The notes below the pieces were generated by a model. The model had not been told where the DNA came from and ran no database searches. It was given only the letters and a program-made list of their open reading frames with translations. From NCBI GenBank assembly GCA_041905125.1, contig JAYRLX010000001.1:1-50929 (forward strand): a stretch of 50,929 nt of DNA, given 5' to 3'. This stretch comes from Caulobacter sp. GTDB lineage: Bacteria; Pseudomonadota; Alphaproteobacteria; Caulobacterales; Caulobacteraceae. The translations under genes and the position numbers were made by a program. This document shows positions 17,271-26,983 of the stretch, one piece after another. How positions within the stretch are numbered: the stretch's first letter is position 1; each line of letters begins with the position of its first letter.

Positions 17271-17389
17271 CGGGCCAGCTATTACAATTCATCATGATAA
17301 CGATACGAAGGATTATCTTATCCAATTGATCAAGCTTGGCTAGAGCACCGCCGCGCCTCGATCGGGGGCGTGACAAGGAGCTTGTTCAG

Positions 17390-18373
17390 ATGGATTTGGC
17401 CCAGGGTCTGGCGCAGGCCGCCGGCAATCTCACGCAGCCGGCGGTGCTGTTCTTCGTGCTCGGAGCGGGGGCGGCGCTGGCCGGTTCGCCGCTGCGACTG
17501 CCCAAGGGGGCCATGAGCTTCCTGTCGATGTACCTGATGCTGTGCATCGGCTTCAAAGGCGGCGCGGAGGCCCGCGCCCACGGGCTGGACCCCACCTTCG
17601 TCAGCGCCGCCGTAGCGGGGCTGGGCCTGGCCTTGCTGTTGCCGGTCCTGGCCTATGGCGCGATGCGCAAGGCCGGCCTGACCAGCCTGAACAGCGCGGC
17701 GGTCGCGGCGCACTACGGCTCGGTCTCGGTCGTGACCTTCGCGGCCGCGCAGAGCTATCTGGGGTCCATCGGTCATCACCCGGCCGGCTACATGTCGGCG
17801 GTTCTGGCCCTGATGGAAACGCCCGGGGTGCTGGTCGCCGTCACCCTGGCCAAGCTGATGTCGCCGAACGAGGCGCGCTCGGCCTCGACGGGCAAGCTGC
17901 TGCACGAGGCGCTGCTGAACCCCGCCGCCGTGGTGCTGCTGGGCAGCTTCGCCATCGGCCTCGTGGCCACCGCGCCCAATGCGGCCAAGCTGAATGTCTT
18001 CGTCGGTCCGATGTTCCAGGGCGTGCTGTGCCTGTTCCTGCTGGAGCTGGGCGTGACGGCGGCCGAGCGGCTGCGGGCCTGGCGCGAGGTGCGGCCGGCG
18101 GTCGTGGCGATGGGTGTTGTCCTACCCCTGACCGGCGCGGCGTTGGCGCTGGGCCTGGGTTGGCTGGTCGGACTGCGCAACGGCGAGCTGGCGGCTCTGA
18201 CGGCCCTCGCCGGCTCGGCCTCCTACATCGCCGCGCCGGCGGCGATCCGGCTGACCCTGCCCAAGGCGGACGCTGGCCTCTGCCTGACGCTGTCCCTGGG
18301 GGTCACCTTCCCCTTCAACATCCTGCTGGGCATCCCGCTCTACGCCCAGCTCGCTCTAGCGCTTAGCCGCTAG
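17390..18373 (+). CDS. Sodium-dependent bicarbonate transporter family permease (SbtA-like)
   Basis: [28 protein letters not shown] and LGVTFPFNI motifs. Confidence 0.88.
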   Translation: MDLAQGLAQAAGNLTQPAVLFFVLGAGAALAGSPLRLPKGAMSFLSMYLMLCIGFKGGAEARAHGLDPTFVSAAVAGLGLALLLPVLAYGAMRKAGLTSLNSAAVAAHYGSVSVVTFAAAQSYLGSIGHHPAGYMSAVLALMETPGVLVAVTLAKLMSPNEARSASTGKLLHEALLNPAAVVLLGSFAIGLVATAPNAAKLNVFVGPMFQGVLCLFLLELGVTAAERLRAWREVRPAVVAMGVVLPLTGAALALGLGWLVGLRNGELAALTALAGSASYIAAPAAIRLTLPKADAGLCLTLSLGVTFPFNILLGIPLYAQLALALSR

Positions 18374-18681
18374 ATCGGCATCCGCATGATTTCCTGGTAG
18401 GCCGAGATCACCTGGTCGCGGACGGACATCACCGTCTCTAGGCTGGCCTCGGCCGAGCTGATGGCGGTCACGACGTCGACCAGTTCGGCCTTGCCGGCCA
18501 CCTGGTCGGCGATCTTGTGCTCGGCGACCTTCGAGGCCTTGGTCGCGTCGGTCATGGCCGACTTCAGGATGTCGCCGAAGTCGAGGCCGTTCTTCTGGCC
18601 GCCGCCGATCGAACCGACGGAGCCCACGCCCATGGCGCCCGAATTGGCGTAGGCCTTGGCGGCGGCGAGCGCGGTGATCAT
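18370..18681 (-). CDS. fliE: Flagellar hook-basal body protein FliE
   Basis: C-terminus [17 protein letters not shown]. Confidence 0.95.
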   Translation of the reverse strand: MITALAAAKAYANSGAMGVGSVGSIGGGQKNGLDFGDILKSAMTDATKASKVAEHKIADQVAGKAELVDVVTAISSAEASLETVMSVRDQVISAYQEIMRMPI

Positions 18682-18691
18682 GGCCTAGCTC

Positions 18692-19111
18692 CTACTTCTT
18701 GAGGATGTCGAGCGTGCGCGATTCCATCACGCGCGCCGTCTCGATGACGTTGAGGTTGGCTTCGTAGGCGCGTTGCGCCTCCTTCATGTCCAGCGCCTCG
18801 ACCAGCGAATTGACGTTGGGCAGCTTGACGTAGCCCCGGGCGTCGGCGGCCGGGTTACCCGGATCGTATTCGGTCTTGAAGGCCGTCTGGTCGGGATCGA
18901 CGCGGACCATCTGCACGCCCTCGGCGCCCTGCACCTTGGTGGGCCGGAAGATCGGCAGCTGACGGCGATAGGGATCCCCGCCCGCCGTGGTCGCCGTCGA
19001 ATTGGCGTTGGCGATGTTTTCCGCGATGACCCGCATGCGGCCCTGCTGGGCGCGGAGGGCCGAAGCCGCCACGGCCATGGCCGCCATGGGTTGGGACTTG
19101 ATCTCCGGCAT
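18692..19111 (-). CDS. flgC: Flagellar basal-body rod protein FlgC
   Basis: RMRVIAENIANANS, YDPGNPAAD and QRAYEANL motifs. Confidence 0.96.
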   Translation of the reverse strand: MPEIKSQPMAAMAVAASALRAQQGRMRVIAENIANANSTATTAGGDPYRRQLPIFRPTKVQGAEGVQMVRVDPDQTAFKTEYDPGNPAADARGYVKLPNVNSLVEALDMKEAQRAYEANLNVIETARVMESRTLDILKK

Positions 19112-19122
19112 CGCCTAGCTCC

Positions 19123-19566
19123 TCAGCCGTTCGGCTTGCGCGCCGCCATGCGCAGCATGGTCAGGGATTTCTGGTAGAAGCCGATCGCCGCGTCGTAGTT
19201 CATGCGCGCGTCGGTCATCTTGATCATCTGGTCCTCGAGCGACACGGCGTTGCCGTCGAGGGTTACTTCCGAATCGGTTCCGGCCGTCGCGCGCCAGGCG
19301 CTGGGCGCGTTCGACGGGGCCAGGTGCGAGGCCGACGTGGCGATCATGCGCACGCCGTTGGTCGGCGCGTTGACGCCGCCGCGATAGACCGCGCCCGACG
19401 CCTGGTTCATCAGCGACGCCTGGAAACTGAAGGGTTTGAGGTCGCTGGGGCGATAGCCGGCGGTGTCCGCATTGGCCACGTTCTGGGCGACAAGCTTCTG
19501 GCGCTCGGACAGATAGCCGAGGCGGCTCTTGAGCATGCCAAAGAGAGGGATGTCATCCGGACCCAT
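19123..19566 (-). CDS. flgB: Flagellar basal-body rod protein FlgB
   Basis: RQKLVAQNVANADTAGY and DGNAVSLE motifs. Start may be 19575. Confidence 0.95.
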   Translation of the reverse strand: MGPDDIPLFGMLKSRLGYLSERQKLVAQNVANADTAGYRPSDLKPFSFQASLMNQASGAVYRGGVNAPTNGVRMIATSASHLAPSNAPSAWRATAGTDSEVTLDGNAVSLEDQMIKMTDARMNYDAAIGFYQKSLTMLRMAARKPNG

Positions 19567-19589
19567 GGCGATCATGGTGAAGAAACAGG

Positions 19590-19605
19590 GTTAATTCGGC
19601 ATTAA
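19590..19605. promoter_or_regulatory. CtrA binding site
   Basis: gTTAA-ttcggca-TTAA reads TTAA-N7-TTAAC on the minus strand, between divergent flgB and fliO. Confidence 0.85.
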
Positions 19606-19671
19606 GAACCCTCAGGCACACCAGGGGTGTCGGGGGCATTTCCCTGCGCCATCTTGTCTCGCTCGGCCGTC

Positions 19672-19986
19672 ATGCCCGTCATCGAATTCATCCGCGCCCT
19701 GGCGGCGCTGGCGATCACCCTGGGGCTGATCGGCCTGGCCGCCTGGGCCCTGCGCAAGTTCGGGCCGGACGCCGTCGGCCGCCTGATCGCCGCGCGGCAG
19801 GACCGCCGCCTCAAGGTGGTCGAGAGCCTGGCGCTGGACCCCACCCGCCGCCTTCTGGTGGTCAGCCTGGATGGCGAGGAGCGCCTCGTCCTGCTGGGCG
19901 ACGGCCGGCTGCTGGACTGGACGCCCGCGCCCTCCCCGTCTCCTTCGGTTTCCGCTTCCGTTTCCGCTCCGGAGCCCGTGGCCTGA
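19672..19986 (+). CDS. fliO: Flagellar biosynthesis protein FliO
   Basis: TM segment then RRLKVVESLALDPTRRLLVV; directly upstream of fliP. Confidence 0.88.
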   Translation: MPVIEFIRALAALAITLGLIGLAAWALRKFGPDAVGRLIAARQDRRLKVVESLALDPTRRLLVVSLDGEERLVLLGDGRLLDWTPAPSPSPSVSASVSAPEPVA

Positions 19987-20783
19987 TGCGCGACCTGATC
20001 AAGTCCCTGACGGGCGCCAAGCCGGAAGACCTCCGGCGCGCCGCATTGATCTCGGTGCTGGCCGCCTTCGCCTGCGCCGTGATGCCGGCCGCGGCCATGG
20101 CTCAGTCGGCGGTGAACATCAACCTCGGCACCGGCGCGGGCCTGACCGACCGCGTGGTGCAGCTGGTCGCCCTGATGACCGTGCTGTCCCTGGCGCCGTC
20201 GATCGTGATCATGACCACCTCGTTCGTGCGGATCGTGGTGGTCCTGGGCCTGCTGCGCACCGCCATCGGCGTGCAGTCCAGCCCGCCCAACCCGGTCATC
20301 ATCAGCCTGGCGCTCTTCCTGACCGCCATCGTCATGGGCCCCACCTTCGAGCGCTCCTACGACGCCGGCATCAAGCCCCTGCTCGACAAGCAGATCGAGC
20401 TGCCCGAGGCCTTCGACGCCGCCAGCGGCCCGGTGAAGCAGTTCATGCTCAGCCAGGTCGATCGCGACGACCTGGCCCTGTTCGTCCGCCTGTCCAAGAT
20501 CCCGCAGCCGAAGACCGCGGCGGAAACGCCGATCAAGGTCGTCACGCCCGCCTTCATGATCTCTGAGCTGAAGCGCGCCTTCCAGATCGGCTTCCTGCTG
20601 TTCATTCCCTTCCTGGTCATCGACCTCGTGGTCGCCAGCGTGCTGATGAGCATGGGCATGATGATGCTGCCGCCGGCGACCATCAGTCTTCCGTTCAAGC
20701 TGATCTTCTTCGTGCTAGTGGACGGCTGGCGACTCGTCGCGGGCAGCCTCGTCGAGAGCTTCCAGCGCGGCGGGGCGGGTTAG
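19986..20783 (+). CDS. fliP: Flagellar export protein FliP
   Basis: MTTSFVRIVVVL, SMGMMMLPP and FVLVDGW motifs. Confidence 0.96.
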   Translation: MRDLIKSLTGAKPEDLRRAALISVLAAFACAVMPAAAMAQSAVNINLGTGAGLTDRVVQLVALMTVLSLAPSIVIMTTSFVRIVVVLGLLRTAIGVQSSPPNPVIISLALFLTAIVMGPTFERSYDAGIKPLLDKQIELPEAFDAASGPVKQFMLSQVDRDDLALFVRLSKIPQPKTAAETPIKVVTPAFMISELKRAFQIGFLLFIPFLVIDLVVASVLMSMGMMMLPPATISLPFKLIFFVLVDGWRLVAGSLVESFQRGGAG

Positions 20784-20813
20784 CGACTTTCCTACAAGAC
20801 CCAGAAGACGACC

Positions 20814-21725
20814 ATGACGGTATTTGTTCTCGGCTCCATCAATCTCGACGCGGTCGCGCGGGTCGATGACCTGCCCCGCCCGGGCGAGACCGTGGCCGGC
20901 CGCTCGCTGGAGCTGTTCCTGGGCGGCAAGGGCGCCAACCAGGCCGTGGCGGCGGCGCGAATGGGCGCGCCCACGCGCCTGATGGGCGCGGTCGGCCGGG
21001 ACGACAGCGGCGTGAGCCTGAAGACCAAGCTGATGGGCTACGGCGTCCAGGTCGGCGACGTGCTGGAGCTTGAGGACGCCCCCACCGGGCAAGCCCATGT
21101 CTGGGTCAGCGCCAGCGGCGAGAACATGATCGTGGTCACCTCGGGCGCCAACGCGCTGGTGACGCCCCAGCAGGTGGCCGGCGCGACGCTGGAGGGCCAG
21201 CGGGTCCTGCTCTGCCAGCTGGAAACGCCGCCGACCGCGATCGAGGCCCTGTTCCGCGCCGGAGCCGCCAAGGGCGCCCTGCGGATCCTGAACGCCGCCC
21301 CCGCCCTGCCGCAAGGCGCGGCGCTGTTCCCGCTGACCGACATCCTGATCCTGAACCAGACCGAATTGGCGACCTACGCCAAGCTCGACCACGAGCCCGT
21401 GCGGCTGGAGGACGTCTCCCTGGCCGCGCGCAAGCTGATGAGCCGCCCCGACCAGACGATCATCGTCACCCTTGGCTCGGCTGGCGTCGCGGGCGTTCGG
21501 CGCGACGAGGCGTTCCTGGTGGAGGGGCGAAAGGTCAAGGCGATCGACACCGTCGGCGCGGGCGACTGCTTCTGCGGCGCCCTGGCCGCGGGCCTGGCGG
21601 CCAACATGGAACTGCGCGACGCGGTCGAGATGGCGAATGCGGCCGCGGCGCTATCCGTACAGAAGTCCGGCGCGGCGCCCTCCATGCCGAACCGGCGCGA
21701 GGTCGAGACCTTCCTGAAGGGGTAG
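20814..21725 (+). CDS. rbsK: Ribokinase
   Basis: GSINLD, GGKGANQAVAAAR and DTVGAGDCF (PfkB) motifs. Confidence 0.88.
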   Translation: MTVFVLGSINLDAVARVDDLPRPGETVAGRSLELFLGGKGANQAVAAARMGAPTRLMGAVGRDDSGVSLKTKLMGYGVQVGDVLELEDAPTGQAHVWVSASGENMIVVTSGANALVTPQQVAGATLEGQRVLLCQLETPPTAIEALFRAGAAKGALRILNAAPALPQGAALFPLTDILILNQTELATYAKLDHEPVRLEDVSLAARKLMSRPDQTIIVTLGSAGVAGVRRDEAFLVEGRKVKAIDTVGAGDCFCGALAAGLAANMELRDAVEMANAAAALSVQKSGAAPSMPNRREVETFLKG

Positions 21726-21728
21726 GCT

Positions 21729-22217
21729 TTAGGCCGCGCGGATGCCGGAGTTGCTTTCGGCCTGGGCGCCGACCACCGCGTCGTAGCCCAGGATCATGTC
21801 GACGTCCTTGCCATTGCTGGCCAGCGGCAGGCGCAGCCACAGGATCGACATGTGCGGCGCGCCGCGCCAGGCCAGGCTGTGAACGCCGACGCCCGGACGA
21901 CGCTCGTCAACCACCTTGTCCAGTTCCTTGCGCCAATACTCGGCGGCGGCGGTGTTGTAGACGTCCGTCAGGCTCTTGCCCGTGATCTCACGACCGTAGA
22001 CGCCATAGAGACCGGTGCCGGCCAGGCGCAGGCGGTATTCGCGCGGCTCGCGCGTGACGTCGATCAGGCTGACCGTGGGCAGCAGGCGCTTCATGTTGGC
22101 CGGATGCAGGTCCACGCGGCCGGGGAGGCCAGCCCCCCGACGGAGGGACGCCCAATAGGCGAACATCTCCTGATGAGCGCGCGCCGCCGTGGCGGATGCG
22201 CTCAATTGCGCGGACAT
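21729..22217 (-). CDS. PAS-domain (PAS_5/DUF1457-like) protein
   Basis: FAYWASLR...LPGR and YRLRLAGT...GREITGK motifs. Start uncertain. Confidence 0.75.
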   Translation of the reverse strand: MSAQLSASATAARAHQEMFAYWASLRRGAGLPGRVDLHPANMKRLLPTVSLIDVTREPREYRLRLAGTGLYGVYGREITGKSLTDVYNTAAAEYWRKELDKVVDERRPGVGVHSLAWRGAPHMSILWLRLPLASNGKDVDMILGYDAVVGAQAESNSGIRAA

Positions 22218-22420
22218 CTTCAGAGTCCCCCACAAGCCCTTGGAATCACTTCGATTCACTATCGCTTAAGGAACGAATCGCGGGCAAGTGAAAAAGGGCC
22301 TCCGCGACAAGATTTCCTTAAAGAGTCAACACCAACGGAAACGCCCGCCGTCCGGGTTCGGACGACGGGCGTTGCGGGACCGGAAAGTCTCCCTCCGGCC
22401 AAGCTTTTGTTCGGACTCGA

Positions 22421-22840
22421 CTATTTGCCCTTGCGCGCCGGCTTCCGGCCGCCTTGGCCCAGGCCCATTTGCTTGGCCAGGTTCGAACGCGCCTCGGCGT
22501 AGTTCGGAGCGACCATCGGGTAATCCTTGGGCAGACCCCACTTGGCGCGATAATCCTCGGGCGTCATGTCGTACTTGGTGCGCAGGTGGCGCTTCAGCGA
22601 CTTGAACTTCCGGCCGTCTTCCAGGCAGATCAGATAATCCGGCGTGATCGAGCGCTTGACCGGAACCGCGGGCTCCTTGGGCGGCGCGGGCGGCTCGGCG
22701 GCCGGCGAGCCCACGGTGGCGAGAGCTTGGTGCACTTGCTTGATCAAAGCGGGCAAGTCAGCGGTCGCGACCACGTTATTGCCGACATAGGCGGAGACAA
22801 TACCCGCCGTCATCTCAATCAGATCGGATTGATCTTCCAT
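22421..22840 (-). CDS. mucR: MucR/Ros family regulator (probably MucR2)
   Basis: SAYVGNN, PAVPVKRSITPDYLICLEDG, KSLKRHL and YPMVAPNY motifs. Confidence 0.95.
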   Translation of the reverse strand: MEDQSDLIEMTAGIVSAYVGNNVVATADLPALIKQVHQALATVGSPAAEPPAPPKEPAVPVKRSITPDYLICLEDGRKFKSLKRHLRTKYDMTPEDYRAKWGLPKDYPMVAPNYAEARSNLAKQMGLGQGGRKPARKGK

Positions 22841-23067
22841 ATGGCCTCGCCCGTCGACAATCGTTTTGCTGATACGGACTGATTCCCACACCAGTCGAGG
22901 GACGCATACAAACATTGCATGCCTCGATCAATACGGACCAATCAAGATAACAGCTGTAAAAGCCCAGTGTTTAAAATCCCAGCGGGCTTTAGCAATGAAT
23001 GTGTAAGCTGGGTTGAGTTCCTGAACCCTGCACAGCTCGATAATCGAAAAACAACGATATTCGGGCG

Positions 23068-24288
23068 TTAACGTCCGAAATCGCGAGACAGCGCTAACAT
23101 AGGGCTGCGCTGTGAAGCCGAGTATTCGTCGACGGCGATCTCATCGTCTTGTCTCATCGCCTTCAGTAGCGCGGGCGAGAGGCCCGAGCTGAGCGACCAG
23201 TCCCAATAGCGCAGGACGGTCTGGGCCCGATCGATCGCGATTGCGTCATAGGTCGCCAAGGCGCGTTCGAGCGCATGATCCGTCGCGCCCGACCGGTCCG
23301 CCTCTCTCCGGCCTAGCCCGCGCCAGAGACCGCGGAGCGCCGTTCGCGGCAGACCGGCGGCCTTGCAGAGGATCGCCAGCGGCTCTCCGCCTGGATCCGT
23401 GAAGATCTTGGCCCCCGTGACCGGCTTCAGCCCGACGAGATAGGAGATCTCCTCCCCAATCTCCGCCGTCAATCCGGCTTCGGCCGCCGAGACCGCGACC
23501 TCCAGACTCCCAAACGGGCTCTTGCGGGCCGCCTCCGGATTGCGCTGGCGGCGCCCGATGAAGGTAAGCGCCTTCTTCGACAGGCCATCTTCCGCCGGGG
23601 GCTCCGCCGCCTCGAAGACGTCGGCCACCGCCTCCTCGAGAATATCCCTGGGGATCGCGAAGCGCTGGAGGATGCTCAGTCTCGTTTCGGCGTCGGCCCA
23701 CCAGAACAGGACGTAGGCGTGGCTGGGCCTCAACTCCGCCCGACGCAGCAGCAGAGCCGCCAGATGCGGGACATCTCGGCTGGTCGCCACCAGGTGCTCG
23801 ACGCCATGATGGCTGAGCCGCGCGAGGTCGTTGCGCAGCAGGGCCTCGGCCACGGCCTCCTCGTCCATGTCGATCAGGGCGTCGGTCACGATCTCGCTGA
23901 CCCCGCGCCGCTGGGCGATCAGGCGGCGATGCTCGGCGCCGGCCTGATACAGGCAGGCGATCAGATCCGCGTCGTTCAGATGAACCGTTTCCTCCAGCAA
24001 TGGTCGGGCGACGGACAGGGTGTCGCGCAGGAGAGCGCGCACCAGAGGCGGGGGCGGCTCGTTCATCGACGAAATACGACGCGCCAATCGCTCACGCTCG
24101 ACGAGAGTCGCCTCGCGCAACAGCTCCAGCAGCAGGTCGCTGGTTATCGCCCGCTCGAAGGTGTTGATGCGGCTGGCTGGCAAGCAGACCACGTCGGCCA
24201 GACGCTTGAGCAGGGTCGCGCGCTCTCTCGACGCGGACAGCGGCGTCCGCGGGTCGTCCGACATCGGAATCGGCGCTGCCTGGCTCAT
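23068..24288 (-). CDS. DUF2336 domain protein
   Basis: 406-aa helical ORF with VARPLL...LNDADL, HRRLIAQR and LLRNDLA motifs. Confidence 0.75.
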   Translation of the reverse strand: MSQAAPIPMSDDPRTPLSASRERATLLKRLADVVCLPASRINTFERAITSDLLLELLREATLVERERLARRISSMNEPPPPLVRALLRDTLSVARPLLEETVHLNDADLIACLYQAGAEHRRLIAQRRGVSEIVTDALIDMDEEAVAEALLRNDLARLSHHGVEHLVATSRDVPHLAALLLRRAELRPSHAYVLFWWADAETRLSILQRFAIPRDILEEAVADVFEAAEPPAEDGLSKKALTFIGRRQRNPEAARKSPFGSLEVAVSAAEAGLTAEIGEEISYLVGLKPVTGAKIFTDPGGEPLAILCKAAGLPRTALRGLWRGLGRREADRSGATDHALERALATYDAIAIDRAQTVLRYWDWSLSSGLSPALLKAMRQDDEIAVDEYSASQRSPMLALSRDFGR

Positions 24289-24340
24289 CGCCGCCAGCAG
24301 ACCATTTCATGCTTAACGCGCGATGAGCGGGCGGCGGGGT

Positions 24341-25225
24341 TTACCGGAATTCCGGATCGACCCACTCCGGCCAGATGTCCGGCAGGTCGCTGGAGACCTT
24401 GTTCGGATAGACCGGCGCGCGCTTCTCGAGGAACGAGGTCACGCCCTCCTTGGCGTCGCCCGACGCGCCGCGCGACTGGATCGCCCGGCTGTCGGCCTTG
24501 TGCGCCTCCATCGGGTGCGCGGCGCCGGCCATCCGCCAGAGCAACTGGCGGGTGATGGCGACCGAGACCGGCGCGGTGTTGTCGACAATCTCGCGGGCCA
24601 GGGCGCGGGCGGCGGGCAGCAGCTCGTCCGGCGCGTGCAGCGAGCGGACGAGACCCCGCTCCAGGGCCTCCTGGGCCGGGAACACGCGGCCGGTGTAGCA
24701 CCACTCCAGCGCGGTCTGCAGGCCGACCAGGCGGGGAAGGAACCACGACGAAGCCGCCTCGGGATTGATGCCCCGGCGAGCGAAGACGAAGCCGAACTTG
24801 GCCTCGGTCGAGGCCATGCGGATGTCCATCGGCAGCTGCATGGTGACGCCCACGCCGACCGCCGCGCCGTTGATCGCGCCGATGATGGGCTTGAGGCTGT
24901 CGTACATGCGCAGGGTCACGCGGCCGCCGCCGTCGCGATAGATGTCGCCGACCTTGCCCTCCTCGCGCTCAAGGGCCTGGGGCGCCGAACGGTCGAAGGT
25001 CGCTCCGCCGCCGCCCAGGTCGGCCCCGGCGCAGAAGGCTCGGCCCGCGCCCGTGACGATCACGGCCTTCACCGCGTCGTCGGCGTCTGTGACGTCGAAC
25101 ACCTCGATCAGGTCCTTCATCATCCGCGCGGTGAAGGCGTTCATCCGGTCCGGACGGTTCAGGGTGATCGTCGCGATCCCATCCTCGACGTCGTACAACA
25201 GGGTCTCGAAAGTCGGCTTCGACAT
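24341..25225 (-). CDS. Enoyl-CoA hydratase/crotonase family protein
   Basis: LNRPDRMNAF, AFCAGADL and AINGAAVGVG motifs. Confidence 0.92.
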   Translation of the reverse strand: MSKPTFETLLYDVEDGIATITLNRPDRMNAFTARMMKDLIEVFDVTDADDAVKAVIVTGAGRAFCAGADLGGGGATFDRSAPQALEREEGKVGDIYRDGGGRVTLRMYDSLKPIIGAINGAAVGVGVTMQLPMDIRMASTEAKFGFVFARRGINPEAASSWFLPRLVGLQTALEWCYTGRVFPAQEALERGLVRSLHAPDELLPAARALAREIVDNTAPVSVAITRQLLWRMAGAAHPMEAHKADSRAIQSRGASGDAKEGVTSFLEKRAPVYPNKVSSDLPDIWPEWVDPEFR

Positions 25226-25429
25226 GGCGTTGGCCTCCCGGCGGCTTATTTTAAACGATCGTATGATCCCGTAGCGGCTCGACACAAGGCCCCGCTTTGG
25301 GGAGCCTGCGGCGGCGCGTCGCGACGCCAAGCCGGGCAAGCTGAGCCATTGTCCTCTTGCCCGGCCCCCTACCGGGCGCTCGTCCCAGCGCCGGCGCGAA
25401 GCCCCCTTCGCGTCCGGCGCTTCTTTTCG

Positions 25430-26764
25430 TCAGCCTCGCTTGACGCCCAGCTTGCTGATCGCGTGGACGAAGTTGTTCGGCGCGATCTCGATGTCGCCGG
25501 TCCAGGTCAGGTCCGGGAAGCGGGCCAGGATCTGGCGGTAGGCTTCCTCCAGCTGGATCTGGGCCACGCGCTTGCCCACGCAGGTGTGCGGACCGTAGCC
25601 GAAGGCGATGTGCTTGCCGGCGTTGGCGCGGGTCACGTCCAACTGGTCGGGGTTCTCGAACATGGCCGGATCGCGGTTGGCCGCGCCGTAGTACATGATG
25701 ACCTTCTCGCCCTCGCGGATGCGCTGGCCGCTGACCTCGACGTCGCGCGTGGCCGTGCGGCGCATGTAGATCACCGGGCTGACCATGCGGATGAACTCGT
25801 CCACCGCGCCGGGCAGCAGAGAGGGATCGGCGATCAGGCGCTGCTTCTGCTCGGGAAACTCGGTGAGCAGCTTCATCACGCCCGACAGGGTATTGCGGGT
25901 GGTGTCGTTGCCGGCGAAGACGATCAGCAGCCACGAGCCGTCCAGGTATTCGTCCGACAGCACCTCGCCGTCGACCTGGGCCCGCGCGATGGCGGTCATC
26001 AGATCCTCTTTCGGGTCCAGCCGCCGCTTGTGCAGCATGGTCCGACCGTACTCGAACATCTCCTCGACGTTGTTGTTGAAGTCCATGACGAACTGCATGA
26101 GCTCCAGCGTCGGCTGCATCGGCGCATTGGCCTGCTGGACCGCCAGGTCCTGGGCGCGCTCCAGATAGTGCATCCAGGTCAGGAACTTGGGCCGGTCCTC
26201 GGGCGGCACGCCCAGGATCTCGCACAGGGTGAACAGGGGCAGCACCGACGAGAAGTGCTCGACCATGTCGATCGTCGCGCCGCCCGCCAGCTTGGGCTCC
26301 ATCTCGTCCAGCAGGCGCGTGACCTCGGCCTTCACCCGCTCGGTCAGGCCGCGCAGATAGGCCGGGGTGAAGTAGGGCATGTGCTCGCGGCGCAGCTGCA
26401 GGTGATGCGGCGCGTCCATGTTGATCATGGTGTCCATCGAGGCGCGGAACAGCAGGGCGTGGCGCTTCTCCGGCGCGCCCATCGACATCAGGATGCCGCC
26501 GCGCTGCGACGAGAAGGTCTCGGGATCGCCGTTGACGCGGTGGACGTCCTCGTAGCGCGTCAGGGCCCAGAAGCCGGGACCGCCCATCGGCTCGGGATGC
26601 CACATGACCGGCGCCTGCTCGCGCATGCGGGCGAAGTCGGCGAAGGGCTGGCCCTTGGTGAAGCGGAAGATCTCGGCCAGATCGACGCCCTCCAGCGTCG
26701 GATAGGTCGGGGGCGTCCCGGGCCCAGCTACGCCGTCCACCACCGTCTGGCTGATCAGGTCCAT
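25430..26764 (-). CDS. Cytochrome P450
   Basis: I-helix AGNDTT, ExxR (EFIR) and heme ligand FGYGPHTCVG. The true start is 26764, not 28702. Confidence 0.95.
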   Translation of the reverse strand: MDLISQTVVDGVAGPGTPPTYPTLEGVDLAEIFRFTKGQPFADFARMREQAPVMWHPEPMGGPGFWALTRYEDVHRVNGDPETFSSQRGGILMSMGAPEKRHALLFRASMDTMINMDAPHHLQLRREHMPYFTPAYLRGLTERVKAEVTRLLDEMEPKLAGGATIDMVEHFSSVLPLFTLCEILGVPPEDRPKFLTWMHYLERAQDLAVQQANAPMQPTLELMQFVMDFNNNVEEMFEYGRTMLHKRRLDPKEDLMTAIARAQVDGEVLSDEYLDGSWLLIVFAGNDTTRNTLSGVMKLLTEFPEQKQRLIADPSLLPGAVDEFIRMVSPVIYMRRTATRDVEVSGQRIREGEKVIMYYGAANRDPAMFENPDQLDVTRANAGKHIAFGYGPHTCVGKRVAQIQLEEAYRQILARFPDLTWTGDIEIAPNNFVHAISKLGVKRG

Positions 26765-26983
26765 CACGCGTCTCCCTGGAACATTGTTATGGCGGGACGA
26801 TAGCCTGGAAAGACGACGCGGGAACGGCGCCGCGACGGCAACTTGCGCGATCGCCGGACCTGGGCGCATGCTCGCAACTGAACACTGATCACGCGGGTCA
26901 CACGCGAGGCAGTGCCACCGGGTTCGCCAGAACCCGGACGCAAAGAAAAAGGGCGCGCCAGAGCGCGTCCAGGGAGAGAGACG

